DNA from: Steroidobacteraceae bacterium | Lineage (GTDB): Bacteria > Pseudomonadota > Gammaproteobacteria > Steroidobacterales > Steroidobacteraceae | DNA: 64,000 nucleotides | Direction of reading: 5' to 3' | NCBI GenBank assembly: GCA_035569355.1 | Contig: DATMNF010000145.1 | Location: forward strand, 1,645-65,644 | Part shown: positions 18,771 through 29,099 of the stretch, piece by piece | How the letters are laid out: each line of letters begins with the position of its first letter | Numbering within the stretch: the stretch's first letter is position 1 | Notes under the pieces: generated by a model | What the model was told of the DNA's origin: nothing | Database searches by the model: none | What the model saw: the letters and a program-made list of their open reading frames with translations, nothing else | Program-made: the position numbers and the translations under genes

Positions 18771-21131
18771 ATGTTCGTGTTCGGACGGCGCAAATGCACA
18801 GCGTGGCTTGTTGTGATGCTCATTGCGGCCTTCCGGACGATTGCTGCGGATCAGCCGTCGCCCCTGCGCGTGAACGTGATCGAGCTGCTTCGCACCTTGA
18901 TCGCGACCGGCGTCAACGTCCTGTATAGCTCCGAACTGGTGCCGCCCAGTCTCGATGCTCCGGATCCGGTGCCCGGGTCCGATCCGATGACGCGGGTCGT
19001 TGCGGCTCTGGCCGCCAATCACTTGATGCTCCGGCCCACCGGCCCGCTACAGTACGTCGTCACTCGAGCGCCGGCCGCACCCTCGGGCGACGCGGCGGCG
19101 GCCAGAAGTGCTGCGGCAGGCGGTGCCGCGAGCGGCTCCAATTCGATTCCCCGCGATGCGCCGCTCGAGGAGGTGCTGGTCTTTGCGAGCCGCTATGAAT
19201 TTACGACGAGCACTTTAGGCGAGCCGGTCGGCTTTGACTGGCGCCAGTTCGAGCAGGTACCGGGCGCGCAGGAGGATGCCATCCGGGCCTTGCGCTCGGC
19301 GCCGGGACTCGCGACCAGTCTGTCGGCGCGGCCGTATGTTCGGGGCGCTCTACTCGATGATGTGTTGGTCGAATATGACGGAATTGCATTGGTCGAACCG
19401 TTTCACTTCAGGAACTTTCAGAGCGTCATCAGCGTCTTTGATCCATCCACGGTCACCCGGGCCGATGTCTTTACCGGAGGCTACCCGGTCAAATACGGTA
19501 CCCGATCAGGGGGCGTCATCGATCTGACGCCGCGGTTGATCGAATCGGGTTCCGAATACAGCATCGGCGCGAGCTTGTTCGACTATGAATTCGGGACGGC
19601 CGGGCGATCCCAGCAGTGGCCGATCGAGTGGTCGCTGAGCGCGCGCCGCAGCGGCGATCACAGCGCGCGGCTGCCGCTCGAAGCATATTTCGGCGAGCCG
19701 AATTTCTACGACGTAGTCGGCCACATCGGTTGGACCGCGAGCACGACGTCCTCTCTGACATTGGGTTGGCTGATATCCGACGACCAAGCAAGCCTCAGTG
19801 CGGATGCCTCGAATGAGCGCGCGGCCGCTCACTCCCATGATGTGGCCTCGTGGCTGAGGTGGGACTGGACGCCGCGGGCCGATATCAAATCTCACACTTC
19901 GTTCGCTTTTGCGAACACCGAGCGCAACGGCAGCGGGTATCTCGACTTTCCCGATATTGCGGTGGGCCGGCTCGCCATGGAGCGCTCATTCTCGAACTTC
20001 AATCTGCGCAGCCAGTGGACTTATACGCCATCGCCCGCCATGACTTGGGATTTCGGCGGCGAAATAAACCGTGAGACCGCCGAGCTCACATTCATGCGGA
20101 ACCAGATTCTCGCACCGCCGATTGCTTCGAGCTTCGGCCGGCCCTCCGACGTGACCGTGAATTCGAACCAGAGCCCCGACTCCTCGACTTCGGGCCTGTT
20201 TGCCTCGGCCCGCCGACGCTGGCAGAGCTTTGAGGCGGAGGTTGGCATGCGGCTCGACACCCAAACGTATCGGGGCTTCGGCACTCGCGGCCAGCTGAGT
20301 TCGCGGTTCAACATGCGCTACGACCTGACCGAAAACTGGCATGCGTACGGGTCGTGGGGGCAGTTTACCCAAGCGCAACGCATCGACGAATATCGCTCCG
20401 AGCAAAACCAACTGACGCCCGACGCGGCGAACCGCGCGACGCATCTGATCGTTGGAATTGCGCACGAGAACGCGGCCGCCGTTCATTGGCGATTGGAGGC
20501 ATATCGCAACTACTGGTCCTCCCTCAGCCCATACTTCGACAATGTCTTGAGCGAGGCGTCGCTGGTTCCGGAGCTGCAGCCGGATCGAGTGCTCGTCGTT
20601 CCGGCACACGCGGAGGCAGCGGGAATCGAGGTCAGCGGTCAACGCTCATTCGACCACGGTCTCAGCGCATGGGCGCTTTACAGTGTCTCGACGGTCACCG
20701 ATGAGGTTTCAGGTTGGGACGTTCCCCGCAGTTGGGATCAGCGACAAGCCGCAAATCTTGGCCTGGCATGGGCTCATCGGCGCACCTCCGCTTCCGTGCT
20801 GCTCGGATGGCACAGCGGGTGGCCTTCGACGCCGGCGGCGCTGGTCGCGGGCGCACCCGGCGTGCCGCCGGCGCTGGCGGTCGGCACGCGAAACTCCGCG
20901 CGGTGGGGAGACTACTTCAGTGCCGACCTGCGATTCGCCACCTCGGTGCCGCTGCGGCATGGGCTTCTTTCGTTGTGGCTCGACGCTTCCAACATCACCA
21001 ATGAATCCAATAATTGCTGCATCGACTTGACTTCGAGCCCCGCGACGGGCGTGTCCGCGATGGCAGAAAGGATCTGGTCGCCGCGGGTCATAAACGCCGG
21101 TTTTTCCTGGCAGGTATACCGGGCCCCGTAG
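18771..21131 (+). CDS. TonB-dependent receptor with N-terminal STN signalling domain (transducer type)
   Basis: Signal peptide (..LIAAFRTIAA-DQ), an STN-like domain (VNVLYSSELV...L.....L...L....L), a plug (RALRSAPG......RPYVRG......V..DG) and a long beta-barrel region. Divergent from the ECF/FecR pair. Confidence 0.82.
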   Translation: MFVFGRRKCTAWLVVMLIAAFRTIAADQPSPLRVNVIELLRTLIATGVNVLYSSELVPPSLDAPDPVPGSDPMTRVVAALAANHLMLRPTGPLQYVVTRAPAAPSGDAAAARSAAAGGAASGSNSIPRDAPLEEVLVFASRYEFTTSTLGEPVGFDWRQFEQVPGAQEDAIRALRSAPGLATSLSARPYVRGALLDDVLVEYDGIALVEPFHFRNFQSVISVFDPSTVTRADVFTGGYPVKYGTRSGGVIDLTPRLIESGSEYSIGASLFDYEFGTAGRSQQWPIEWSLSARRSGDHSARLPLEAYFGEPNFYDVVGHIGWTASTTSSLTLGWLISDDQASLSADASNERAAAHSHDVASWLRWDWTPRADIKSHTSFAFANTERNGSGYLDFPDIAVGRLAMERSFSNFNLRSQWTYTPSPAMTWDFGGEINRETAELTFMRNQILAPPIASSFGRPSDVTVNSNQSPDSSTSGLFASARRRWQSFEAEVGMRLDTQTYRGFGTRGQLSSRFNMRYDLTENWHAYGSWGQFTQAQRIDEYRSEQNQLTPDAANRATHLIVGIAHENAAAVHWRLEAYRNYWSSLSPYFDNVLSEASLVPELQPDRVLVVPAHAEAAGIEVSGQRSFDHGLSAWALYSVSTVTDEVSGWDVPRSWDQRQAANLGLAWAHRRTSASVLLGWHSGWPSTPAALVAGAPGVPPALAVGTRNSARWGDYFSADLRFATSVPLRHGLLSLWLDASNITNESNNCCIDLTSSPATGVSAMAERIWSPRVINAGFSWQVYRAP

Positions 21132-21147
21132 GCAACCACCTGTGCAA

Positions 21148-23952
21148 CTACCGGTTCACGGCACTCTTCACCAGGACCGGTTGCGGCATGCGGGGGTGGG
21201 CGGCCGCGGGCAGCGATAAGAGGAGATCCTGAATCTTATTCGGGAGAGCGGCCTTGACCCGCAAGACCTCTGCAAAGGGAACCGCGTCGGAGAATAAATA
21301 CCCCTGTACGAACATCGAGCGGTTGCCCGACAGCCAACCGAACTGTTGCGGCCGCTCGATTCCTTCGGCCGTCACTTGCAGCCCCAGGCTTCCGCACAAA
21401 TCGATGATGGTGCGGGCAATTGCGGCCGACCGCGCGCTCGTGTCGATGCTCGCGACCAAGCTGCGATCCAGCTTGATCCGGGAAAGCGGCAACTGCTCCA
21501 ATGAAGTGAGAGAGGAGTATCCGGTGCCGAAATCGTCGAGCGCAATTCCAAATCCGTGCGATTGCAAGACGCGTAGCGCCGCGATGGTGGCCGATCCCGT
21601 CTGCAATACCGTCTCGGTCAATTCGAGTTCCATGCAGTTCGCGGGCAGACGATACTCGGCCAACAGGGCCAGGATTCGATCGACGAACCGCTGATCGAGC
21701 AGCTGGCGCGGGGATATGTTGACTGCGACGCGCGCTTGCGGCCAGCCGCCATGGTACCAGCGCGAGGCGTCCTCGACGGCGGTGCGCAGAACCCAGGTGT
21801 TGATTTCCGAAATGAGACCGGATTGCTCGGCCACCGCCAGAAATTCCCCCGGCTTCGCCAAGCGCCCGTCAGGCATCCGCCATCGCAGAAGCGCTTCGAC
21901 GAGACCCATCTCCGAGGTTGCCACGTTGATTTCAGGTTGGTATGCGAGTTCAAATTCCGAAGCTTCGATCGCCCGCCGCAACCCCTGCTCGATCGTGAAC
22001 CGAGCCGCGGCGGTTTCCGTGAGCTCGGGCGTGAACAAGGCGAGTTGGCTGCGGCCCAATTCCTTGGCACGGAACAAGGCCGAATCCGCCGCACGCAAGA
22101 GCACCTCCGCGTCCCGCCCATGATCGGGAAATATGCTTGCGCCGACGCTCAGGCTGATGCTGAGTTCACGATCATCGACCGAGACCAGCTTCTGGAACGC
22201 GTGGACGAGATTCCATCCCGTGGCCTGGATGGCTTCAACGGATCTTGCGCCCTCGTAGACGAAAGTAAATTCGTCCCCGCCCAGGCGGGCGACGAATCCC
22301 AGGCCATCCGCGATTTCTTCGAGCCGGTTGGCCACGCTCATGAGAACGCGGTCGCCGAATACGTGCCCCAAGCTGTCGTTGAAGTTCTTGAAGTTGTCGA
22401 TATCGAGAAAGTAAACGCCGACGCGGCGCCCATTTCGGCCCGCTTCGTCGATCGCCGTGCTCAGCAATGTGGACAAATGCCGCCGATTCGGCAGCGAGGT
22501 CAAGGGATCTTGCTGCGCGAGCTGCCGCAGCTCGCGAGTCCGCTCCAGGACCGTCGCCTCGAGGCTTTCCTGTTGGCATCGGCTGAGAGCCTGCGCTGCC
22601 GCCAATCTCGCCGCCATCTCGTTGAAGGCGCCCGCCAGTGTATCGAGCTCCCTGATTCCGCCGCGCGACACCTGCACCCCCATATCGCCGCGCGCGAGCC
22701 GAGTCGTGGCCTTCAATATGCGGCGTACCGGCGCCATGACGCTGCGCACGGTCGCGATGGAGATCGCCGTAGTGAACAGAATCACGGCGGCTGTGACCAT
22801 CGCCATGAGAGTGCGGGTTTTGCGATCTGATTCCCTTGGCGTGCTCTGCTCCTCCGGCGCGGTGTCTTCGGTGGATGCGGCGACCGTGGACGCGGCGACC
22901 GAGGATGCGGCGGCGGTGGACGCGGCGACCGTGGACACGGCGGGCGGCGCCGCCGCCGCAGGTATCGGGAGCGCGTCGAGCGGGCCCAAACGCGCATCGA
23001 GTGCGGCGTGCGGGGGCTCGGCAGCGGCCGCGATTGCGGCGGAAAGCGATGTGCGCGCGGCGGAGAATCGCTGGACGTCGTCGTCATATTGAACGTTGAG
23101 CGCGTACAGCGAGTTGCGCAGCGCGACCAGCGAATCGAAGTCCTCACGAACGGCCCTGACCCAATCTGCGCCATCGGATCTCTCGAGGCTCTTGCGATGG
23201 GCCTCGAAGCTCGCCGCAAACGCATTTTCGCCGGCCGTCAGGAGCTCGAGGTCCTCGGAGCTGACTGCATCGCCGGAGACTATGTTCTCCGAGCGCCTGC
23301 GGATCGCATCGAGAGAGTTTCGCAATTGCAGCAGCGATTGGCGGGCCATGACCCGCCCGAATATTTTCCAAGCACGATCTAGCGATTGCTGCATTCTCTC
23401 GTCTATCGCTTGCGACCGCCGGGAGTGCTCGGCGCGCGCCGAGCGGCGCTGATCCGCTACGTCTATCAACGCTTGTCCGCGATTGAGGTACTCCGCCGCA
23501 AGCCGCCCGACCGAGGCCGCTTGTACGTTGTACTCCTGAGAAGCGCTGCGCAATGCGCCCGCGGCGGCGAGGCATGCCGCGTCGTTGGCAGACGAGTTGA
23601 CCGCGGCGCGCAATTGAGCCGCGCGCGCGTAGCCTTCGACCGACCGCGTCAGCGCGTCGAGGTTCCTTCGAGCGGGCGGAGAAGAATTTACCGTGGCCGG
23701 CCGCTCGGCTTGCGGCGGGGAAACCGAGATGTTCGGCGTTACCGGAATGAGGGCAGGCGTGTTCATGCGGATGACGAATACGCTTTCGTGCGCGAGCATG
23801 TTCGCGGCGGCGCCAAGTACCGCGACTGCAATGAGAGATATGCTCAGACGAGCCGTAATTCCCAACGGAAATATCGACGCGGCGCGTGCACGGGCCGCCG
23901 CCAGTTTCGAGGCTGAACGCTGTAGTTCCATGTGCTTGCGGTACAATTTCAA
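21148..23952 (-). CDS. membrane-bound sensor with HAMP, GGDEF (intact) and EAL (intact) domains
   Basis: Two TM segments flank a helical periplasmic region of about 330 aa. HAMP follows, then GGDEF (RLGGDEFTF), then EAL (VEALLRW, DDFGTGYSSL, KLD.S, EG.E). Confidence 0.9.
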   Translation of the reverse strand: MKLYRKHMELQRSASKLAAARARAASIFPLGITARLSISLIAVAVLGAAANMLAHESVFVIRMNTPALIPVTPNISVSPPQAERPATVNSSPPARRNLDALTRSVEGYARAAQLRAAVNSSANDAACLAAAGALRSASQEYNVQAASVGRLAAEYLNRGQALIDVADQRRSARAEHSRRSQAIDERMQQSLDRAWKIFGRVMARQSLLQLRNSLDAIRRRSENIVSGDAVSSEDLELLTAGENAFAASFEAHRKSLERSDGADWVRAVREDFDSLVALRNSLYALNVQYDDDVQRFSAARTSLSAAIAAAAEPPHAALDARLGPLDALPIPAAAAPPAVSTVAASTAAASSVAASTVAASTEDTAPEEQSTPRESDRKTRTLMAMVTAAVILFTTAISIATVRSVMAPVRRILKATTRLARGDMGVQVSRGGIRELDTLAGAFNEMAARLAAAQALSRCQQESLEATVLERTRELRQLAQQDPLTSLPNRRHLSTLLSTAIDEAGRNGRRVGVYFLDIDNFKNFNDSLGHVFGDRVLMSVANRLEEIADGLGFVARLGGDEFTFVYEGARSVEAIQATGWNLVHAFQKLVSVDDRELSISLSVGASIFPDHGRDAEVLLRAADSALFRAKELGRSQLALFTPELTETAAARFTIEQGLRRAIEASEFELAYQPEINVATSEMGLVEALLRWRMPDGRLAKPGEFLAVAEQSGLISEINTWVLRTAVEDASRWYHGGWPQARVAVNISPRQLLDQRFVDRILALLAEYRLPANCMELELTETVLQTGSATIAALRVLQSHGFGIALDDFGTGYSSLTSLEQLPLSRIKLDRSLVASIDTSARSAAIARTIIDLCGSLGLQVTAEGIERPQQFGWLSGNRSMFVQGYLFSDAVPFAEVLRVKAALPNKIQDLLLSLPAAAHPRMPQPVLVKSAVNR
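22871..22945 (-). repeat. 5 x 15-bp imperfect in-frame tandem repeat (Ala/Ser/Thr/Val pentapeptides) inside the GGDEF-EAL gene
   Basis: gtggatgcggcgacc / gtggacgcggcgacc / gaggatgcggcggcg / gtggacgcggcgacc / gtggacacggcgggc. On the coding strand this encodes ..STVAASTAAASSVAASTVAAST.. just before TM2. Confidence 0.8.
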
Positions 23953-24107
23953 AGCTACGCTGCATCTTGCCCTTTACGGCGCTAAATATCGGAAATAGCT
24001 GGCAAAACTGTGCAGTTGATCTCGCATGGACTGCCGACGCTCCATCATTGGACATATTTCTCGGTTCGACCTGGAGCCGCGGCGCTTGTGTGCTACGCTT
24101 CACAAAC

Positions 24108-25203
24108 ATGGAACTCAACCAAATCAAGCGATTCATCAAAGATCTCGAGGAGCGCACCGACTCTCTGAGGAGGTATCTTTGATTACGACAACCAGCATGA
24201 GCGGCTGCAGGAGGTAGAGCGCGAGCTCGAGCAGCCCGGTATCTGGGATAACCCGGACCGCGCCCAGGAACTGGGCAAGGAACGCGCCAAGCTCGAGCAG
24301 GTCGTTGGCGGCCTGGATCGCCTGAAGCTTGGCTTGAGCGATGCGGGGGAACTGCTGGAACTGGCCGCCGAGGAGGCGGACGAACGGGCGGCCCAGGAAG
24401 TCGAGGCTGACGTCGACCGGTTGCGCCTCGAGGTCGAAAAACTCGAATTTCAGCGCATGTTTCCCGGCAAGATGGACTCGCACAATGCGTTTCTCGACAT
24501 TCAAGCCGGGGCCGGCGGCACCGAAGCTCAGGACTGGGCTGCCATGCTGCTGCGCATGTATTTGAAATGGGCTGACGCGCATGGCTTCAAGGCTGAGATC
24601 ATCGATCAGAGCGACGGCGAAGTCGCCGGCATCAAGGGCGCCACCGTCAGCATGATCGGCGACTACGCCTACGGCTGGCTGCGCACCGAGACGGGCGTGC
24701 ATCGACTGGTGCGCAAGTCGCCGTTCGATTCAGGCAATCGGCGCCACACCTCGTTTGCTTCCGTTTTCGTATCGCCGGAGGTCGACGACGACATCGACAT
24801 CGAGATAAATCCGGCGGACTTGCGCGTCGATGTGTACCGCTCGAGCGGAGCGGGCGGGCAGCACGTCAATAAGACCGAATCCGCGGTGCGCATCACGCAT
24901 GCGCCGAGCGGCATCGTCGTGGCCTGCCAAGGCGAGCGCAGTCAGCACAAGAATCGGTCGACCGCGATGAAAATGCTCAAAGCCAAGCTCTACGAACTCG
25001 AGTTCAACAAGCGCAATGCGGCGGCAAAGGTTCTCGAAGATTCCAAATCCGACGTGAGCTGGGGCAATCAAATTCGCAGCTACGTGCTGGATCAGTCGCG
25101 CATCAAGGATCTGCGCACCGGCGTGGAAATCGGCAACACCACTGCCGTGCTCGACGGGGCGCTCGATGAATTCATGCAGGCCAGCCTGAAGCAGGGTCTT
25201 TGA
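24108..25203 (+). CDS. prfB: peptide chain release factor 2, requires programmed +1 frameshift (24108..24179 joined to 24181..25203)
   Basis: Frame A encodes [24 protein letters not shown] and ends at in-frame TGA 24180-24182. Frame B continues [35 protein letters not shown]... and includes SPF and GGQHVN motifs. Confidence 0.93.
24167..24183 (+). promoter_or_regulatory. prfB autoregulatory +1 frameshift site (internal SD-like GAGGAGG, TAT, CTT TGA T)
   Basis: GAGGAGG at 24167-24173, a 3-nt spacer and slippery CUU-UGA at 24177-24182. This is the same architecture as E. coli AGGGGG-UAU-CUU-UGA. Confidence 0.85.
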
Positions 25204-25227
25204 GCAGCGACAGATGAGCGAGCGACA

Positions 25228-26712
25228 ATGAGCGACAACGAAGAGAACCATTTGATCGCCGAGCGGCGCGCGAAACTTGCGAAATTGCGCGAGCGCGGCA
25301 ACGCCTTTCCGAACGACTTTCGCCGCGACGCGTTAGCCGCGGATGTTTTGACGACTTACGGCGAAAGGAGCGCCGAGGCGCTGGACGCCGCAGCCATCCG
25401 CGTGCGCGTGGCGGGCCGGATGCGGGCCAAGCGGGTGCTGGGCAAAGCAAGCTTTGCGAAGCTCGAGGATTCGAGCGGCGCGATTCAAGTGTTCCTGCAG
25501 CAGCAAGCCCTCGGCGAGGTCTATGATGATTTCAAAGCCTGGGATGTCGGCGATGTGATCGGCGCCGAGGGCACCTTGTTCCGCACCAAGACCGGCGAGT
25601 TGTCGGTGAGGGCCCAGCGCTTGGTGTTGCTGACCAAGTCGCTGCGGCCATTGCCCGACAAGTGGCACGGGATCGCCGACACGGAATTGCGTTATCGGCG
25701 GCGCTATGTCGATTTGATCATGAACGAGGATAGCCGGCGGGTGTTTGAAACGCGGTCGCGAATCGTGCGTTACCTGCGCGCGTTCCTCGATGCGCGCGGA
25801 TTCCTGGAGGTTGAAACGCCGATGCTTCACCCCATCCCCGGTGGTGCGGCAGCGCGTCCGTTCAAGACCCATCACAACGCTCTCGATGCGGATATGTATT
25901 TACGCATCGCACCCGAGCTGTATTTGAAGCGGCTGACCGTCGGCGGTTTCGAGCGCGTGTACGAGATCAACAGAAATTTCCGCAATGAGGGGGTGTCGAC
26001 GCAGCACAACCCCGAATTCACGATGCTCGAGCTGTATCAGGCGTATGCCGACTACAACGATCTCATGGAAATGATCGAAACACTGTTTCAGGGACTCGCC
26101 GACACCTTGCTGGGGTCGCGCAAGCTCAACTATCAAGGCACCGAGATAGATCTATCGAAGAATTTCGCACGCATGAGCATCGAGGACATCATTTTGGCGA
26201 ACAACCCCGATCTCGACCCGATGTCCGTGCGCGATGCGCCGTATTTGCGGCGCGTGTGCGATCAGATGAAAATTCCCTACAAAGCGGGCGATGGTGCGGG
26301 AAAATTGCAGATCGAGATTTTCGAGCGGACCGGCGAACACACGCTGGTGCAGCCGACGTTCGCCTATGCGTATCCGGCGGAGGTGTCGCCGTTGTCGCGG
26401 CTCAATGATGCGGATCCGTTCATCACCGACCGATGGGAATTCTTCATCGCCGGCCGGGAACTCGCCAACGGATTCTCGGAACTGAACGACGCCGAGGATC
26501 AGGCACAGCGTTTCAAAGAGCAGGCCGCGCGCAAGGATGCCGGCGATGAGGAAGCCATGTTTTACGACACCGACTACGTGCGCGCGCTCGAGTACGGCAT
26601 GCCGCCCGCGGCGGGACTGGGCCTGGGGGTGGACAGGCTCGTCATGCTGTATACGAATTCGCCCTCGATTCGCGACGTCTTGCTGTTCCCACACATGCGG
26701 CCCGAGTTTTGA
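25228..26712 (+). CDS. lysS: lysine--tRNA ligase (class II)
   Basis: 494 aa with an OB anticodon-binding domain (V.VAGR....R..GK..F..L.D..G.IQ) and class II motifs ([24 protein letters not shown]). prfB-lysS synteny. Confidence 0.95.
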   Translation: MSDNEENHLIAERRAKLAKLRERGNAFPNDFRRDALAADVLTTYGERSAEALDAAAIRVRVAGRMRAKRVLGKASFAKLEDSSGAIQVFLQQQALGEVYDDFKAWDVGDVIGAEGTLFRTKTGELSVRAQRLVLLTKSLRPLPDKWHGIADTELRYRRRYVDLIMNEDSRRVFETRSRIVRYLRAFLDARGFLEVETPMLHPIPGGAAARPFKTHHNALDADMYLRIAPELYLKRLTVGGFERVYEINRNFRNEGVSTQHNPEFTMLELYQAYADYNDLMEMIETLFQGLADTLLGSRKLNYQGTEIDLSKNFARMSIEDIILANNPDLDPMSVRDAPYLRRVCDQMKIPYKAGDGAGKLQIEIFERTGEHTLVQPTFAYAYPAEVSPLSRLNDADPFITDRWEFFIAGRELANGFSELNDAEDQAQRFKEQAARKDAGDEEAMFYDTDYVRALEYGMPPAAGLGLGVDRLVMLYTNSPSIRDVLLFPHMRPEF

Positions 26713-27515
26713 CCGATCTGCCGATCGGGGTGTTCGACTCGGGCGTCGGCGGGCTGAGCGTATTGCGCGCGTTGCGCGAAAGGATGCCCGCCGAGAACTT
26801 CATTTATCTCGGCGACACCGCGCGGCTCCCTTACGGCACCAAGAGCGCGGAAACCGTCGTGCGCTATTCCATGCAATGCGCGGCGGCGCTGGTTCAGCGC
26901 GGCATTCGTTGTCTCGTGGTGGCCTGCAACACCGCCTCCGCGTCCGCACTCGGCGCCTTGCGGGCGCAGCATCCGGCATTGCCGGTCATCGGCGTCATCG
27001 AGCCGGGCGCGGAGGCGGCGGTCGCCGCGTCCGAATCACAGCACATCGCCGTGATCGCCACGGAAGGGACGATCGGGGGCGCGGCATATCAAACGGCCAT
27101 TCATCGCCTGAATCCGGGCGCGCGCGTCACGTCCCGAGCTTGTTCATTGTTCGTTTCAATGGCCGAGGAGGGCTGGATCGAAGGGCCTATTGCGGAGGCG
27201 GTGGCGCGGCGCTACCTCGATCCCATTTTTCAAAGCCGCGATGCCCCGGACACCTTGGTGCTGGGATGCACTCATTTCCCCGCGCTTGCCGCGGCCATCC
27301 GCGCGGTGCTGCCGCAGCACGTTCGCATCGTCGATTCCGCGGCGACGACCGCCGGCGCCGTCGTGCGGCGGCTCGACGGCGCCAAGGCAACGGCCGGCGC
27401 GGCGGGTGCCGTCTCCTGGCTGGCGACCGACGGTGCGGCACGTTTCGCGCGCGTGGGGAGCATGTTTCTCGGCGAACCTTTGCGAGCCGAGTCGGTCGAG
27501 GTCATCGATCTCTAG
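26709..27515 (+). CDS. murI: glutamate racemase
   Basis: [35 protein letters not shown] and LGCTHFP motifs. TTG start overlaps the lysS stop. Confidence 0.9.
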   Translation: MTDLPIGVFDSGVGGLSVLRALRERMPAENFIYLGDTARLPYGTKSAETVVRYSMQCAAALVQRGIRCLVVACNTASASALGALRAQHPALPVIGVIEPGAEAAVAASESQHIAVIATEGTIGGAAYQTAIHRLNPGARVTSRACSLFVSMAEEGWIEGPIAEAVARRYLDPIFQSRDAPDTLVLGCTHFPALAAAIRAVLPQHVRIVDSAATTAGAVVRRLDGAKATAGAAGAVSWLATDGAARFARVGSMFLGEPLRAESVEVIDL

Positions 27516-27533
27516 GCTTCGCGGCCCGCTCGA

Positions 27534-28457
27534 TCAGAGTTCGTAAGGGAGCGGCCGGATCGCCGCCGCCACGGCCGCGCTGGCGGCCGCTTCGCCGGGG
27601 TCCGGCGATTCTCCGCTCGCTTGCACGGTGAGCACCGCCAGAGCTTCGAAGTCCGCGCCGCTTCTAGCCACCTCCACCAGGCGCCCGGTTCGGCCGTCGC
27701 TCAGGCGCAGCGCCTCGCCTATGCGCCATTCACCGTTGGGTAATTGCAGCCTATACAGACGCCGTTTGATGCGTCCCAGATGTTGGGTGCGCGCGATGAT
27801 CTCCTGTCCGGTGTAGCAGCCCTTGGTGAAGCTGATGCCATCCAGACGATCGAGGTTGAGCATTTGGGCGACGAAGGCCTCGCGCGTTGCTAGATATATC
27901 TGCGGAAGACCGGCGCGAATGTCCGCGAGGCGCCAGTCGTGTTCGAACTGACTTGCCTGAGAGACGTCGCGGATCAGTCCAAGCTCCGCCAGTTTCTCTG
28001 CACCACCGATCACCCAGAAGCGGCTGGGATCCCGGCTGACGGCCGCGACGCCGATGCCGTCCTTCTCCAGGTAGCCGGTGTTCGATTGTGGAACGGCAAT
28101 ACCCGCCGACGCCAGCCGCTCTGCGCCGTGCAGCCCTGCAACGACCAGCAGTTCTGCGGCATCCTCGATCTTCACTTTGGCACGCAGCACGAACTTGCGC
28201 AGCGTCTCGGCGGTGGGCAAAAGCAGTTCGCGCGGCAGTATTGCGATAATCCCGCTGGAGTGGGGCAGCAGGTGCATGAGTGCGAGTACGCGCCCTTGCG
28301 GGCTCGAGTACGCCGCCAACAGACTCTGGCTCTCATCCAGGCGGCGCGTGTCGTTGGATACCTGGCCCTGTAGAAAACTCAAGGCATCGGGCCCGGTGAA
28401 TCGCAACGCGCCTAAATGAGGCAGGCGGCCCGATTGGGGTGGTGCGTCGGTCGTCAT
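27534..28457 (-). CDS. ygfZ: folate-binding tRNA-modification/Fe-S repair protein YgfZ
   Basis: G.DA..FLQGQ.SND start region and the KGCYTGQEIIAR signature. Start set at MTTDAPP (nt 28457); the upstream extension in the ORF track is Arg-rich. Confidence 0.85.
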   Translation of the reverse strand: MTTDAPPQSGRLPHLGALRFTGPDALSFLQGQVSNDTRRLDESQSLLAAYSSPQGRVLALMHLLPHSSGIIAILPRELLLPTAETLRKFVLRAKVKIEDAAELLVVAGLHGAERLASAGIAVPQSNTGYLEKDGIGVAAVSRDPSRFWVIGGAEKLAELGLIRDVSQASQFEHDWRLADIRAGLPQIYLATREAFVAQMLNLDRLDGISFTKGCYTGQEIIARTQHLGRIKRRLYRLQLPNGEWRIGEALRLSDGRTGRLVEVARSGADFEALAVLTVQASGESPDPGEAAASAAVAAAIRPLPYEL

Positions 28458-28519
28458 CGCCAAATTCCGTCGGTCAAGCGTGGTTATATAGTCTACTGTT
28501 TTCTGGCAAACTTTCGCCT

Positions 28520-28693
28520 GTGACGACGAATCCCGACGATCTCGAGCAAGAAGAACCGACGAACGTGCCCGCATACGTGCCGCCGACTGTGCCCGCGCCC
28601 GCGAACTCTCCACGTGAGATCGGCGGGCGCGACGGACCTGAGCCCACGCGCTTCGGCGATTGGGAGCTTCGTGGCCGGTGCATCGATTTCTAA
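28520..28693 (+). CDS. DUF1674 (SDHAF4-like) small protein
   Basis: The C-terminus EIGGRDGPEPTRFGDWE.RGRCIDF is the DUF1674 signature. Directly upstream of sdhC. Start uncertain: GTG 28520 is chosen because GTG 28439 would overlap the ygfZ start. Confidence 0.55.
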   Translation: MTTNPDDLEQEEPTNVPAYVPPTVPAPANSPREIGGRDGPEPTRFGDWELRGRCIDF

Positions 28694-28706
28694 CCCAGGA
28701 GCGATA

Positions 28707-29099
28707 ATGCCGGTCCGCGCCCGTCCGACTGCACCTCATTTGCAAATCTATCGATGGCAGATCGGCAATAGCTTGTCCATCTTGCATCGGCTAACCGGCT
28801 TGGCTCTGTCGTTGGGACTCCTCGCCCTGTGTTATTGGCTGGTATCGCTGGCCGGCGGCGAGAAATCCTATGCGGCCGCCGCGAAGGTGTTTGCGAGCCC
28901 GTTGGGGCTCTTGGGTCTGGTCGGGTGGACCTTCGCTTTCCTGTACCACCTCTTGAACGGCGTACGCCATCTGTTCTGGGATGCGGGATTTGGTTTTGAA
29001 CGCACCGCGCGGCACGCGAGCGGTTGGTTCGCGGTGCTCGGGTCGATTGCCTTGACCGCCTGTGTATGGATCTTGATCTGGGCGGAGCACCGGACATGA
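28707..29099 (+). CDS. sdhC: succinate dehydrogenase cytochrome b556 subunit
   Basis: RP..P.L.IY....... S..HR.TG start and three TM helices, about 130 aa. SD AGGAG upstream. Confidence 0.85.
   Translation: MPVRARPTAPHLQIYRWQIGNSLSILHRLTGLALSLGLLALCYWLVSLAGGEKSYAAAAKVFASPLGLLGLVGWTFAFLYHLLNGVRHLFWDAGFGFERTARHASGWFAVLGSIALTACVWILIWAEHRT

Noticed and set aside
22871-22945. Short tandem repeats considered as a possible CRISPR or minisatellite element
   Set aside because: The units are 15 bp, contiguous with no spacers, in frame, and inside a well-supported CDS. This is a coding low-complexity repeat, not a CRISPR array.
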